Positions 43,479-52,883 are shown, counted from the stretch's first letter. The stretch is DNA of 64,000 nucleotides from Bacteroidota bacterium (GCA_049670805.1 JBATTW010000385.1:18007-82006); one strand, 5' to 3'. The notes: generated from the letters alone by a model not told the origin. Translations and numbers: made by a program.

Positions 43479-43522
43479 AGAGGCAGTTCGGATTTCGAGC
43501 TGCCTCTTTATCTTTATTTTCT
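43479..43522 (+). terminator. Intrinsic terminator after the Met-rich protein gene
   Basis: AGAGGCAGTTCG-GATTT-CGAGCTGCCTCT gives a 12-bp stem with one G-U, followed by TTATCTTTATTTTCTC. Confidence 0.6.
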
Positions 43523-43532
43523 CCCGTTTACG

Positions 43533-44378
43533 CTAGGCGAGTCTTTCGAGTCCACAAGAACAACGCGGTTCCCGGCTCTCTTGGACGTCTTCAAACCGCT
43601 TACGGCAGGCCTGGGACACGCTGGTCGCAGGGTGATGGAGATGGTAGAGGATTGCCAGGTTGCGCATTGACTTACCGGTAACGCCGATGAGTGACAGCCG
43701 GTACTGGATATCAGAATCCTCCCCACAGCCGGGGCCGTGATACAGCTCGTCGAATCCATTTACCGCGACCAGATCCTTCTTGAAGACGGAAAAGTTGCTT
43801 CCCAGCATACCCCGCACATTTCGCATCAGGAGATTTCTCACGAGTCGGCTCCTGATCCGGACACTGTCCTCCAGCCTGAGAGCGTCACCCCTCAGGCCGT
43901 CCATGAGTCCGCGCCACCCCAGGTTCTCAAAACCACCGTTCTGAACTTCTTGCAGTGTTAGTTTCTCGGACCACCGCTTGCTTGTCTCGACACGCCGGCC
44001 GAGAAGAACCCTGCCCAGCTCTCGCTGGCTCCAATGGTCTTCGAGGAAATACCTGGATGGTAGACAGTCTCCGTCGATGAAGACCATGTACTCACTCCGG
44101 GCAGCGCGAATAGCATTGTTGAGCATAATGTTCTTCCGCCACCCTCTGTCTTCATGCCATAGATGGAGTATCGGGTAGGGATACCGGTTCTCACCTTCCC
44201 GAACGACGTTTGCGACGGCCGGGCCGGACCCGTCATCGGTAACGATCACCTCGAAGTCTGTAAGCGATTGACGTGCGCATGCGGCAAGCAGAAAACTCAG
44301 CACGTCGGGTTTGTTGTAGACCGCCACAACGAGCGAGACACCGGGAGAGGTCAGCCCGGGGAGAGGTTTTAGTGCCAT
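43533..44378 (-). CDS. Family 2 glycosyltransferase
   Basis: Internal ATG at 44378 sits 6 nt after the upstream gene's stop. VSLVVAVYN N-terminus, DDGS and DGD motifs. Confidence 0.75.
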   Translation of the reverse strand: MALKPLPGLTSPGVSLVVAVYNKPDVLSFLLAACARQSLTDFEVIVTDDGSGPAVANVVREGENRYPYPILHLWHEDRGWRKNIMLNNAIRAARSEYMVFIDGDCLPSRYFLEDHWSQRELGRVLLGRRVETSKRWSEKLTLQEVQNGGFENLGWRGLMDGLRGDALRLEDSVRIRSRLVRNLLMRNVRGMLGSNFSVFKKDLVAVNGFDELYHGPGCGEDSDIQYRLSLIGVTGKSMRNLAILYHLHHPATSVSQACRKRFEDVQESREPRCSCGLERLA

Positions 44379-45424
44379 ACGCCTGGGATGGGGGTGGCAC
44401 ATGCCGGGCACGCGCCGTTCGTCAGCTTGTTGTCCAGTACCCGGAACCCGACCCGCTCAACGACCACTTCACCACACGACGGGCACGCGGTGCTCTCCAA
44501 CCCCTTGGTCATGCCGGGAAGATTCCCCGCATAGACAAATCGCAGCCCTGCCTCCTTCCCGATTTCTGCGGCGCGGACCAGCGTGTGCGCGGGTGTTGGA
44601 GCAGGTTCTGTCATCCTGTAGTCCTGGTGGAAGGCGGTTACGTGCCACGGTATGTCAGGTGATACGGAGACGAGGAACGAAGCAATTTCCCTCAGTTCTT
44701 CATCGCTGTCGTTGAAGGTTGGTATGAGCAGGGTGACGACCTCCACCCAGACCCCCATCGTGTGGAGCGTCCGGATGGTGTCGAGGACGTTTTGGAGTTT
44801 GCCACCGAGCTGCTGATAATTCTTCTGGCGGAAACTCTTTAGGTCGATTTTGAAAAAGTCGATGTATGGTTGAAGAAACTCCAGCACCTCCGGAGTACCG
44901 TTGCCGTTGGAGACGTACGAGCATTTGAGGTGGTATCTCTTTGCCAGCTTGAACACCTCCACGGCCCACTCGGTGGTGATGAGAGGCTCATTGTACGTGC
45001 TGGTGATTACGGGTGCGGAATGCTCCAGGGCGAGGCCGACCAGTTTCTCAGCAGCGACGACTTCCGGCGTTGTTCCGGCAACGGGATCACGAAGGGCTTG
45101 AGAGGTCAACCAGTTCTGGCAATAGGCACAGTGGTAATCGCAACCAAGCATTCCGAAGCTGAGAGCTTTGCTTCCCGGCATTGCGTGGAAAAACGGCTTC
45201 TTCTCGATCGGGTCAACCGCAACACCCGCGACATAGCCCGACGGCACATACAGGGTCCCGTTTCTGTTGGTTCGCACCTTGCAGATCCCATCCCGGCCCG
45301 GCGGGATCTTACACCGGTGTCCACAGGCATAGCAGAGGACCCAGCTGTCCTCCTTTTTCTCGTACAGCTCGCCCTCTTTGGTATGCCGGGCAATTACGTC
45401 ACGCAATGTAGAGGTCTCTGGCAT
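44369..45424 (-). CDS. Radical SAM enzyme, PFL-activase-like; best fit AmmeMemoRadiSam-system radical SAM protein (AmrS)
   Basis: 351 aa with CDYHCAYCQNW (CxxxCxxC) about 95 aa in, an additional N-terminal Cys cluster (CYACGHRC...C), and a C-terminal CPSC...CPAC zinc ribbon. Length and architecture match TIGR04337-type proteins. Confidence 0.6.
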   Translation of the reverse strand: MPETSTLRDVIARHTKEGELYEKKEDSWVLCYACGHRCKIPPGRDGICKVRTNRNGTLYVPSGYVAGVAVDPIEKKPFFHAMPGSKALSFGMLGCDYHCAYCQNWLTSQALRDPVAGTTPEVVAAEKLVGLALEHSAPVITSTYNEPLITTEWAVEVFKLAKRYHLKCSYVSNGNGTPEVLEFLQPYIDFFKIDLKSFRQKNYQQLGGKLQNVLDTIRTLHTMGVWVEVVTLLIPTFNDSDEELREIASFLVSVSPDIPWHVTAFHQDYRMTEPAPTPAHTLVRAAEIGKEAGLRFVYAGNLPGMTKGLESTACPSCGEVVVERVGFRVLDNKLTNGACPACATPIPGVWH

Positions 45425-45544
45425 AGATCACACAGTGTGGAGATAGGTTCAGGTCTATTGTACACTGAATTCGGTCTGATGTCAAGAAGCGGCAACGCGT
45501 TTCACACCGGGTGAGAACACTGATGTGCCACACGGTTGCCGGAC

Positions 45545-46372
45545 CTATCTGTCGCGTATGAGGTGAATCAGCCATGCACCCATCAGAACGACTGAAGCGA
45601 CCGCGATGCTTGCGGGGGACGATGGAAGGTCAAGGAGAAACGCAAGGAAGAGCCCGACAGCTGGCGCAGCCACACCAATGAGCAGGGCGACAAGGAAGAT
45701 CCGCCACACTCGCCGTGTGAGCAAGATCGCGGCGAAGCCGGGAACAACAAGGAAACCGAAGACAAAGATATCGCCAACCATATGTGTGGCCAGCGCAATG
45801 ACCGCTCCCGTAGTTCCGTAGAAGAGCATCTCCCAGAAGCCGGCCTGGAAACCCTGCGTGCGGGCAGTCTCCGCATCAAAAGAGATGTATTGAAACTCCT
45901 TGAAAAACACGAGGTGTAGCCCCATCACCAGCAGAAATACTACCAGCATCGGAAAGAATAACTCTGGTGTAACAAACAAGATGTCGCCACGAAGCAGATG
46001 TTCGATTTCGGCAACTTCCACTGTCGGAGTAACCTGGAGGACAAGGATTCGCAGCGCAATCGCCGCGACAAACACGATTCCGAGCACAGCATCTTTTGGA
46101 AACTTCTTACCGGTGAGCATACGGGAAACGCCGAGCGCAAACGCCAGCGTCAGCAAGAGGGAGGTAACAGTATGCGACATGGCGACAAAAGGGAGAAACG
46201 ATATTGCCAGTCCGAGGACGGATATCTGTGTCAGGACGGCGCCGAAAAACACAATTCGCTTTGCCACAACATACACGCCCAGAAAGGCGCACAGGGCTCC
46301 GACAATCATGCTCCCGAAGAGTGCGAGGGGAAAATCTTCGAGAATAGTGATCAGGACTTCATGTGATGCCAT
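45545..46372 (-). CDS. Metal (Zn/Mn) ABC transporter permease, ABC-3 family (ZnuB/MntB-like)
   Basis: 275 aa with 8-9 TM helices, downstream of the ATPase with a 14-nt overlap. Confidence 0.8.
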   Translation of the reverse strand: MASHEVLITILEDFPLALFGSMIVGALCAFLGVYVVAKRIVFFGAVLTQISVLGLAISFLPFVAMSHTVTSLLLTLAFALGVSRMLTGKKFPKDAVLGIVFVAAIALRILVLQVTPTVEVAEIEHLLRGDILFVTPELFFPMLVVFLLVMGLHLVFFKEFQYISFDAETARTQGFQAGFWEMLFYGTTGAVIALATHMVGDIFVFGFLVVPGFAAILLTRRVWRIFLVALLIGVAAPAVGLFLAFLLDLPSSPASIAVASVVLMGAWLIHLIRDR

Positions 46373-47129
46373 GTCTCGTTCCAGCCAGAATGATCGTCTT
46401 GCCGTGGATACGTTCCACGGAGACAGGTCGTTGATAGAGCGTGGAGAGGTTCTCCCCGGTCAGGACGTTGTCGACGGTGTCGACCTGGAAGAGGTCCCGC
46501 TCAACAAGCGCAAGTCTCTGAACGTGATCCGCGACATCGTCCAGAAGGTGACTTACCATTATAACTGTAAGTTTGTCATCATGATGAAGCGTATCGATCA
46601 GCGAGAGGATTGCAGCACGTGACGAGAGGTCCATCCCGTTGGTGGGTTCATCGAGGATGAGAACGTCCGGCTGCATCGCCAGGGCACGGGCGATCAGAAC
46701 ACGCTGTTTTTGTCCACCCGAAAGATCACTGAAACAGCTGCTCCGCAGGTCCTCGATTTCGGTATGGGCCAAGCTCTCCTGCGCGATCTGTCTGTCGTTT
46801 GTGCCTGGCCTGCGGAGAAAACCGATGCGACGGTAACGACCCATCATGACAACCTCCTCCACAGTATAGGGGAGGATATCAACGATGGTATCGCGCTGCG
46901 GCACATATCCGAAACAGACGGGCTGCTGATGTAAACTCTGAGTTGTCACTTGTCCTGCAAGTGGCTTCAAGGCGCCCAGGATTGCACGCAAGATAGTTGT
47001 CTTGCCTGCACCGTTTGGTCCGACCAATCCGAAGAACTCACCAGGATAGATGTCGAAGGAGACCTCACTGATGACGACAGTCCGGCCGTACCCCAGCGTG
47101 ACATTTCGGAACCGTACGATCGGTTTCAT
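46359..47129 (-). CDS. Metal ABC transporter ATP-binding protein (ZnuC-like)
   Basis: 256 aa with Walker A GPNGAGKTT, LSGGQKQR signature and Walker B ILDEP. Confidence 0.88.
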   Translation of the reverse strand: MKPIVRFRNVTLGYGRTVVISEVSFDIYPGEFFGLVGPNGAGKTTILRAILGALKPLAGQVTTQSLHQQPVCFGYVPQRDTIVDILPYTVEEVVMMGRYRRIGFLRRPGTNDRQIAQESLAHTEIEDLRSSCFSDLSGGQKQRVLIARALAMQPDVLILDEPTNGMDLSSRAAILSLIDTLHHDDKLTVIMVSHLLDDVADHVQRLALVERDLFQVDTVDNVLTGENLSTLYQRPVSVERIHGKTIILAGTRHGIT

Positions 47130-48028
47130 CGCTGGATTGCCTCGTAAAGAGCTCTTACGTTGTAGTCCATCATCGACATATAGTTATCGGTCCCATCGAC
47201 ACCCCCAACCGACGTTGACAATATGACCACTCGAGCTGTTGTTTCTTGGGCGATTTTTGCCGGCGCGCTGAGATCGTAGAATGGCGCGACCACGATTGCC
47301 CTGATCTCACCCTCGTTGACGAGATCAATCAATTCTGCGGTATGGCTGGGGCTTGGAGGGATTCCGGGTTTGGGCTCTACCTGATCGGACACAGTAATGT
47401 TGAGCCAGCGAGCGAAATACGACCAGCTACTGTGAAACGTGATGATTTTTGCGCCCGCCAGCGGCGCTATGAGCTCTTCCCATTGAGCGATCTTCGTCTC
47501 AAGGGTTGCCAGGTATGCCGCCATGTTTTCTCGGAAGTAGGGTTCATCGTCGGGTGCAGCCTTTACCAGAGCGTGAAGAATAGCCTCGGCAATGAGAGGA
47601 ATATTCCGTGGATCCAGCCAGTAGTGCGGGTTTCCAAAACGGTGGACGTCGCCCTGGCTCCGGTCGACTCTCGTGGGAACCTCCAGTTTCTCGATATCGG
47701 TCGTGGAGAGATCCACAATGTCCAGTCGGTCGTTCCGGGAACCATCGATGATCTGAAGTGCCCAGAGCTCGAGTTCCATCCCCACCATGATGAAGATGTC
47801 CGCGCGCCTTACTTTCATCATATAGCTGGGTTTCACCTCTATGAAGTGGGGGTTCTGATTACCCCGAACGATGTTGTCGACGTTGACGCGCTCACCGCCA
47901 ATCGCGTTTGTAATGTCAGCCAGGTCCGGCAGCGTTGTGACAACACGTACGGTTGCCTGGGACACGAACGGGAGCAAGATGACGATGAACAGTATGCTGA
48001 TGCGAAACATGGTGACGTCCCTTCTCAT
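47126..48028 (-). CDS. Metal ABC transporter substrate-binding protein (ZnuA/TroA-like)
   Basis: Internal start (M84 or M90 of the track ORF) gives MRRDVTMFRISILFIVILLPFVSQA signal peptide and a TroA-fold SBP. The track's 383-aa N-extension is Pro/Arg-rich junk. Confidence 0.8.
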   Translation of the reverse strand: MRRDVTMFRISILFIVILLPFVSQATVRVVTTLPDLADITNAIGGERVNVDNIVRGNQNPHFIEVKPSYMMKVRRADIFIMVGMELELWALQIIDGSRNDRLDIVDLSTTDIEKLEVPTRVDRSQGDVHRFGNPHYWLDPRNIPLIAEAILHALVKAAPDDEPYFRENMAAYLATLETKIAQWEELIAPLAGAKIITFHSSWSYFARWLNITVSDQVEPKPGIPPSPSHTAELIDLVNEGEIRAIVVAPFYDLSAPAKIAQETTARVVILSTSVGGVDGTDNYMSMMDYNVRALYEAIQR

Positions 48029-48036
48029 CGATGTCT

Positions 48037-49176
48037 CTAGAATGGATGAGCCTTGTGTGCGCCAAGCGAAAATAGTACCTGGAGGCCGATGAAGTTTACC
48101 GATCGGCTGTCGTCCTGCGTTTCCGCCCGCGAGTGCTGGTAGTGCAATCGTATGCCCAGCGTTTCTTCGACGGGGTAGTATCCGAGGAAGAGGGAGATGG
48201 CCTGAGCCTTGTCGTCTGTACTGTACGGCGTCTGGCTCCAATCGTAGCGGGCTCCGATGGCATAGATCCCCGACCATTGAAAATTGGCGAAGAGAAAGAG
48301 GCCGGATGATCTGATGGTTACTTCGACCGGGTTGTCGTCAGGGTCGAGAAAAGGCTCGAAATCCTGGTTCTGGTGGACCTTTCGTGTGTTGTACAGATAC
48401 TCTCCCTGGAGAGTCAGTGATGTATAGGCGCTGGGGCGGTATTTGTACTTGAAGTCAAGGTTCAGATAGAGGAAGTGGTCTTTGTAGTAGGGATCATGGA
48501 TGCCGGAGTACCCGCTGAGACCCAGCTCGAGGTCACTGTCGTCTCCGACCGGAAGGAAGCTCATTAGACGGGCGGTGGCGGAGTAGTAGGGAGCCCGGTC
48601 GGTAGTGTCCTCGATACCGGCCGCTTCCCCTACTGCCGCCCCGCTCAAGATGTCAGCAGTAAGTGCGGTGTAGAGATCACCGGTGGGGAGCAGGATGCTT
48701 ACAGAGATTCCAAGGGCGTTGAGTCCTTCCTCCCCGAGAAACGCGCGTTGAGATATTGGTTGGGTGGCGAAGGGCCATTGGTGGGGATGGAGACGGTTGA
48801 ATTTGCCGTATTCGACACGATACCTTCCAAGCCGGAGGTTGAGATCCAGGGGAAGACCCCGCAATATGCTTGCATACACCTCTTCGATTCCAACCCTGGC
48901 TTCCTCTACGTCGGGACCGGGTACTGTCAGAAATATGTCTGCCCTGGCATAGGGATTGAGATACCCCTGAAGCGCGATTTCCAGTTCCTGAAACGTGAAC
49001 TGGGGTCGGCTGAACTTGCGTTTCCCTTCGTCTAGCTTTTCACCGTCACTGGTTTCCAGAATGAACCGGGGAATAGCGCTGATGTCGGGATTGAGCGAAA
49101 GCTGGGCGAATCCGTGGAGCGGGAGGGTAATACAAGTCAGCCCGACCGCTAAGAAGAGTTTTGCTGGAGAATCCAT
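48037..49176 (-). CDS. Outer-membrane beta-barrel (porin-like) protein, first gene of the metal-uptake operon
   Basis: 379 aa with signal peptide (LPLHGFAQ), alternating amphipathic beta-strand pattern rich in Tyr/Gly, and a C-terminal Phe. 8 bp upstream of the SBP gene. Confidence 0.6.
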   Translation of the reverse strand: MDSPAKLFLAVGLTCITLPLHGFAQLSLNPDISAIPRFILETSDGEKLDEGKRKFSRPQFTFQELEIALQGYLNPYARADIFLTVPGPDVEEARVGIEEVYASILRGLPLDLNLRLGRYRVEYGKFNRLHPHQWPFATQPISQRAFLGEEGLNALGISVSILLPTGDLYTALTADILSGAAVGEAAGIEDTTDRAPYYSATARLMSFLPVGDDSDLELGLSGYSGIHDPYYKDHFLYLNLDFKYKYRPSAYTSLTLQGEYLYNTRKVHQNQDFEPFLDPDDNPVEVTIRSSGLFLFANFQWSGIYAIGARYDWSQTPYSTDDKAQAISLFLGYYPVEETLGIRLHYQHSRAETQDDSRSVNFIGLQVLFSLGAHKAHPF

Positions 49177-49232
49177 GAAGCCCTCTGACGAAATAAGAAC
49201 ATCGTGAATCGTCGGTTGAATGTGCAGAAAGA

Positions 49233-49577
49233 CTATGCGAACGGAGGGCTGCGTGAACTGGCGTATGTAATATCAGGAAAAGGGGGCAGCGCAGAATCCC
49301 GAGTTGGTATAGCGAAGCCATCGGGATCTGGGCGGGTTGGTGCGAAGATAGAAGTGACACTCGGTGTGTGTTGGACTGAATGCACACAGGCAGAGCAGAG
49401 GTGTGGATGTGCGGCAATCATGCGGAACGGACCCTCTTCGCACTCATGGGTAACAAGGAGGGGCGGATCGTCCAGGCTGATGGTGAATTCGTGCTTGTGA
49501 GAAAGCTCCAGGAAAAGTATGGTGAAGAGGTATGAAAAGAGGAGGAGAGAGTGGATTCGTCTGTCCTGTATCGGCAT
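49233..49577 (-). CDS. Speculative small His/Cys-rich protein upstream of the metal-uptake operon (may instead be untranslated leader)
   Basis: 114-aa ORF co-oriented with the operon. Hydrophobic N-terminus then HKHEF...THECEEGPFRMIAAHPHLCSACVHSVQH. No SD and AT-biased third positions argue against translation. Confidence 0.15.
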   Translation of the reverse strand: MPIQDRRIHSLLLFSYLFTILFLELSHKHEFTISLDDPPLLVTHECEEGPFRMIAAHPHLCSACVHSVQHTPSVTSIFAPTRPDPDGFAIPTRDSALPPFPDITYASSRSPPFA

Positions 49578-49654
49578 GTGTTCGTACCAGGTAATACAGG
49601 GGACAATATAGCTCCGGAGAGAGTGATGTGCAAGCCAGCGGAGCTGGAATGCTA

Positions 49655-49699
49655 TGCTCGAGACAAAAACGAAGAAGCCGAACGCCCAAACGTTCGGCT
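49655..49699 (-). terminator. Intrinsic terminator after the DUF4397 lipoprotein gene
   Basis: Minus-strand RNA reads GCCGAACG-UUUGGG-CGUUCGGC followed by UUCUUCGUUUUUGUCUC. Lies about 25 bp after the stop at 49723. Confidence 0.6.
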
Positions 49700-49722
49700 T
49701 CCTGGAGTGTATGAATCAGAAG

Positions 49723-50415
49723 CTAGTTGTTGAGAATGATTTGTGCCCCCAGCGCCTGGCTGCCCGCCCCGCCCACGAAACCCTTTGCAAAGACTGTATA
49801 GATCTTTCCAGCCTGAAGGGTGATGTTTGGAAGAGGCAGGACGACAGTGGGGCTATTCGCCAACCGGACCTCCAGGTTGTACGTTCCTGCATCAAGCGGT
49901 GTGAACGCAGTGGACTGCTTAAAGGCCTTGTTGCCGAAGACTACTGCGCCACCCTGCAATGCAACATCCACCGCCGGGGCGTCCGGGGAGAGATGAATAA
50001 AACGAACATGTGCCTTGCCGTCTGCCAGAGCCGCAAGGTTATCAACGAGAATAAGAGTATCGATTGCCGTAAGTGCGCCGACCGCAAAGATGGAGTAGTT
50101 TACATCAGCCGAAATCGGCAGAGTGAGGTCGAAAACGCTCATGCTTGTTGATGTCACATTTACCTTGACATTCCTGGTTCCGGCAGGTACAGCAAGATAC
50201 TGTGTGTTCGCCGGGAACATCAGATTTGTTCCTGCTACCGTGTTGTCAACCAGAAGGTCGACTCCCGGTGCGTCGGGTGAAGCATGAATCGCCATCACGT
50301 TCCCCGTTTGAGTTGAACTTTTGCCGACGGGAGTTGTGTCGTCATCGCTGCATCCGTAGAGGGTAGTAAGCCCCAGAGCTGCGGTGAGCATCGGAACAAA
50401 CAGAGCCTTCTTCAT
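49723..50415 (-). CDS. DUF4397-like lipoprotein (two SPDAP-containing repeats)
   Basis: Start at MKKALFVPMLTAALGLTTLYGCS (lipobox) with AAGGAGG SD. Two repeats carry HaSPDAPgVDl / HLSPDAPAVDV motifs. Confidence 0.55.
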   Translation of the reverse strand: MKKALFVPMLTAALGLTTLYGCSDDDTTPVGKSSTQTGNVMAIHASPDAPGVDLLVDNTVAGTNLMFPANTQYLAVPAGTRNVKVNVTSTSMSVFDLTLPISADVNYSIFAVGALTAIDTLILVDNLAALADGKAHVRFIHLSPDAPAVDVALQGGAVVFGNKAFKQSTAFTPLDAGTYNLEVRLANSPTVVLPLPNITLQAGKIYTVFAKGFVGGAGSQALGAQIILNN

Positions 50416-50674
50416 ATTGCCTCCTTGTTTGTATGGTGTTAGTTGCATCTCAGCTACGAATCAAGAACACCTCCGATACAGACGATAGTTCCGTTTTGTA
50501 CGATTATTCATTGCTTGTCTGTTTCCGCTTTTTTCGGGGGTTTTCGTGGTGAAACTTGTGCGTTTCTAAGTGAGGAGCCCGGGCGTCTGCCTGGAGATCA
50601 GAGGTTGTGGGCTGGAATCAGGTTCTGGTGGGTCAAGTGTGTGGGGTTCAGCCCGGTAAAGGTATACGGCCTGC

Positions 50675-51832
50675 CTAAGGATTGCAGACCTTGCCCAGCA
50701 CAACCCTCTTTCTGGCTCCGGTGACTGATGGAAGGTTTGCGGGTCGCCCCGCAACGGTTTCGTTTGCCAGAACGGCAAAACAGACCGCTTCCTTTGAATC
50801 TGCCGAAATCCCAAAGTCGCCAATATTGCATATCAGGGAATCGGAGAAGTATCTGCTGAGCTCGTCCAAGAAAAACCGATTCTTCGCACCTCCGCCGCTT
50901 ACGATGATTTCATCTACCGACATCTTCTTTGCGACAAAGCGTCTGTATGCATCATAGACAGCATATGCAGTGAATTGTGACGCGGTTGCCACGATATCCT
51001 CCTGATCATACCCTTTGCCGTGCCGCAGCAGTTGTCGGACAAACTCCTGGCCGAATTCTTCACGGCCTGTTGATTTCGGCGGACCTGTTTTGAGGTAGGG
51101 GTGACGGGCCATTCGGTCAAAGAGATCAAGTGAGACCGCCCCGCGTGCCGCGGTCTTGCCGGAATGGTCGTACGGTTTCCCGTAGAATTCATGCATAAGG
51201 GAATCCACGACCATGTTTCCGGGTCCCGTATCAAATGCAATGACTCTGGCGGCGGAACAGCTCTTTGGGATAGCCGTGATATTGGCGATGCCCCCTATAT
51301 TGAGAAGGAGCCGATTTGCCCGGCTGGACCTGAAGACCAGCCAATCGAAGTAGGGAACCAGCGGAGCTCCCTGGCCACCCACTGCCATGTCTGCGAGTCG
51401 AAAGTCACCAACGGTCATTATCCCGGTAATTGCTGCAAGGACCGAAGGATCGCCGATCTGGAGTGTTGCGCGAACGGTCTTGCCGTACATCCTGCGCGGC
51501 TTCGGGAGGTGATGGATTGTCTGACCGTGCGACCCGATCAGGTCAATGCGGCCCGGCTTCACATTCGCTTTTCGCGCTACGGCAGCTACGGCGTCGGCGT
51601 AGAGTTCGGCCAACAAAACGTTGAGTTGTGCTATCTCGTCCACCCTGCTTGTCTCCGGAACGGAATTCCGAAGGAGCTCTTTCCGTAATCCCGGCGGGAA
51701 TCGCTGCTCGAGAAACGCCAGTTGTTTGAAACGGGTGCCCGGGCCGCTTCCGCGGATTCTGAGAAGGACTGCGTCAATTCCATCCAGCGAGGTGCCGGAC
51801 ATCAGTCCCACCACGAGCTTTGTCTGTTTCAT
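50675..51832 (-). CDS. anmK: Anhydro-N-acetylmuramic acid kinase AnmK
   Basis: Internal ATG at 51832 with GGAGG SD gives MKQTKLVVGLMSGTSLDGIDAVL, the canonical AnmK N-terminus. Confidence 0.85.
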   Translation of the reverse strand: MKQTKLVVGLMSGTSLDGIDAVLLRIRGSGPGTRFKQLAFLEQRFPPGLRKELLRNSVPETSRVDEIAQLNVLLAELYADAVAAVARKANVKPGRIDLIGSHGQTIHHLPKPRRMYGKTVRATLQIGDPSVLAAITGIMTVGDFRLADMAVGGQGAPLVPYFDWLVFRSSRANRLLLNIGGIANITAIPKSCSAARVIAFDTGPGNMVVDSLMHEFYGKPYDHSGKTAARGAVSLDLFDRMARHPYLKTGPPKSTGREEFGQEFVRQLLRHGKGYDQEDIVATASQFTAYAVYDAYRRFVAKKMSVDEIIVSGGGAKNRFFLDELSRYFSDSLICNIGDFGISADSKEAVCFAVLANETVAGRPANLPSVTGARKRVVLGKVCNP

Positions 51833-51902
51833 CGAACCCTCCCCGGTACGGGATCTATCACAGTGAGTTGCCTGCTTCAGCACTCTTCCCTATCTTCGGT
51901 GT

Positions 51903-52769
51903 ATGAAAGGCGATCTTCTCCTCGGAGCTCACATGTCCGTGAGCGGCGGTCTACACAGAGCATTCGAACGAGGGACCAGCATTGGCTGTAGAACAATGCA
52001 GCTGTTCACAAAGAACAGCAATCAGTGGGAAGGCAAACCGCTGGAAGATGAGGATATTCAAAAATACAAAACAGCGGCAGCTAAATCAAGCATTGCGCCG
52101 GTTGTCGCCCACGCTGCGTATCTTATTAATCTTTGCGCGGTCACGCAGGTCCTACTTCTGAAATCTAGAAGAGCTCTGGAAAACGAGCTCCATCGCTCTG
52201 AGACGCTGGGACTCCTGGGTTTGATCCTTCACCCCGGTTCCCACAGGGGTGCCGGCGAGACAGCCGGGTTAGAGGGGATCGCGGCTTCCATCAATTCTGT
52301 GCACCAGCGGACCGCGGGATTTCGGACCTTGACGATTCTGGAGACGACCGCAGGGCAGGGGACAGCCCTGGGGTACAGGTTTGAACAGCTTCGCGACATC
52401 ATCGATCTAGTGGCGGACCAGAGCAGAATGGCTGTCTGCATCGACACGTGTCACCTCTTCGCGTCAGGCTATCCCGTTGATACAGAAGAGGGATGGGAAC
52501 AGACGATCCAGGATCTGGATGCCATTCTTGGTCTGGGGCGCGTTGTGGCGGTCCATGTGAACGATTCGAAACGGGAAAGAGGGAGCAGAGTTGACAGACA
52601 CGAGCAGATTGGTAAAGGCAAGATAGGAGAAACGGGGTTTCGGATGCTGATGAACGACCGGCGATTGGCGCACCTTCCGAAGATCCTCGAGACGGAGAAG
52701 AGTGAAGATATGCACGAAGATGTGGAGAATATGGCACGTCTCCGGTCGCTCCTCAGACGGAAGCCATAG
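51903..52769 (+). CDS. nfo: Endonuclease IV (deoxyribonuclease IV) Nfo
   Basis: 288-aa TIM-barrel AP endonuclease with the LLGAHMS...GG N-terminus typical of Nfo. Confidence 0.88.
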   Translation: MKGDLLLGAHMSVSGGLHRAFERGTSIGCRTMQLFTKNSNQWEGKPLEDEDIQKYKTAAAKSSIAPVVAHAAYLINLCAVTQVLLLKSRRALENELHRSETLGLLGLILHPGSHRGAGETAGLEGIAASINSVHQRTAGFRTLTILETTAGQGTALGYRFEQLRDIIDLVADQSRMAVCIDTCHLFASGYPVDTEEGWEQTIQDLDAILGLGRVVAVHVNDSKRERGSRVDRHEQIGKGKIGETGFRMLMNDRRLAHLPKILETEKSEDMHEDVENMARLRSLLRRKP

Positions 52770-52819
52770 GGCGATTCCTTCCCCGGGAGCAGGCCGGCGC
52801 CGCCCAAAAGCGGAACGTA

Positions 52820-52848
52820 TTGACATTCCGTTTCACCTGGCGTAATTT
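52820..52848 (+). promoter_or_regulatory. Candidate sigma70-type promoter TTGACA-17-TAATTT upstream of the terB-like gene
   Basis: Exact -35 hexamer, 17-nt spacer, 4/6 -10 match. About 35 nt upstream of the ATG, with a GGAGGAAC SD. Confidence 0.3.
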
Positions 52849-52883
52849 AGCTGGGCTTTTCCTTCCGGACCGATTGGAGGAAC

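Noticed and set aside
47246-48040. 264-aa plus-strand ORF
   Set aside because: It is antisense to the ZnuA/TroA-like substrate-binding protein, with no signal or motif.
47126-48277. Track start of the SBP gene (383 aa), and similar long N-terminal extensions on the 350-aa SurA-like, YicC, AnmK, CoaBC, GT2 and sigma ORFs
   Set aside because: The extensions are Pro/Arg-rich or overlap upstream genes by more than 100 bp. In each case an internal ATG is preceded by an SD and yields a canonical N-terminus or signal peptide, so I used the internal starts.
50449-50674. 225-bp intergenic region between the DUF4397 lipoprotein and anmK, as a possible ncRNA
   Set aside because: It contains only short imperfect hairpins and spurious mini-ORFs, and I saw no convincing terminator or conserved-looking structure. 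It is most likely the DUF4397 promoter region.
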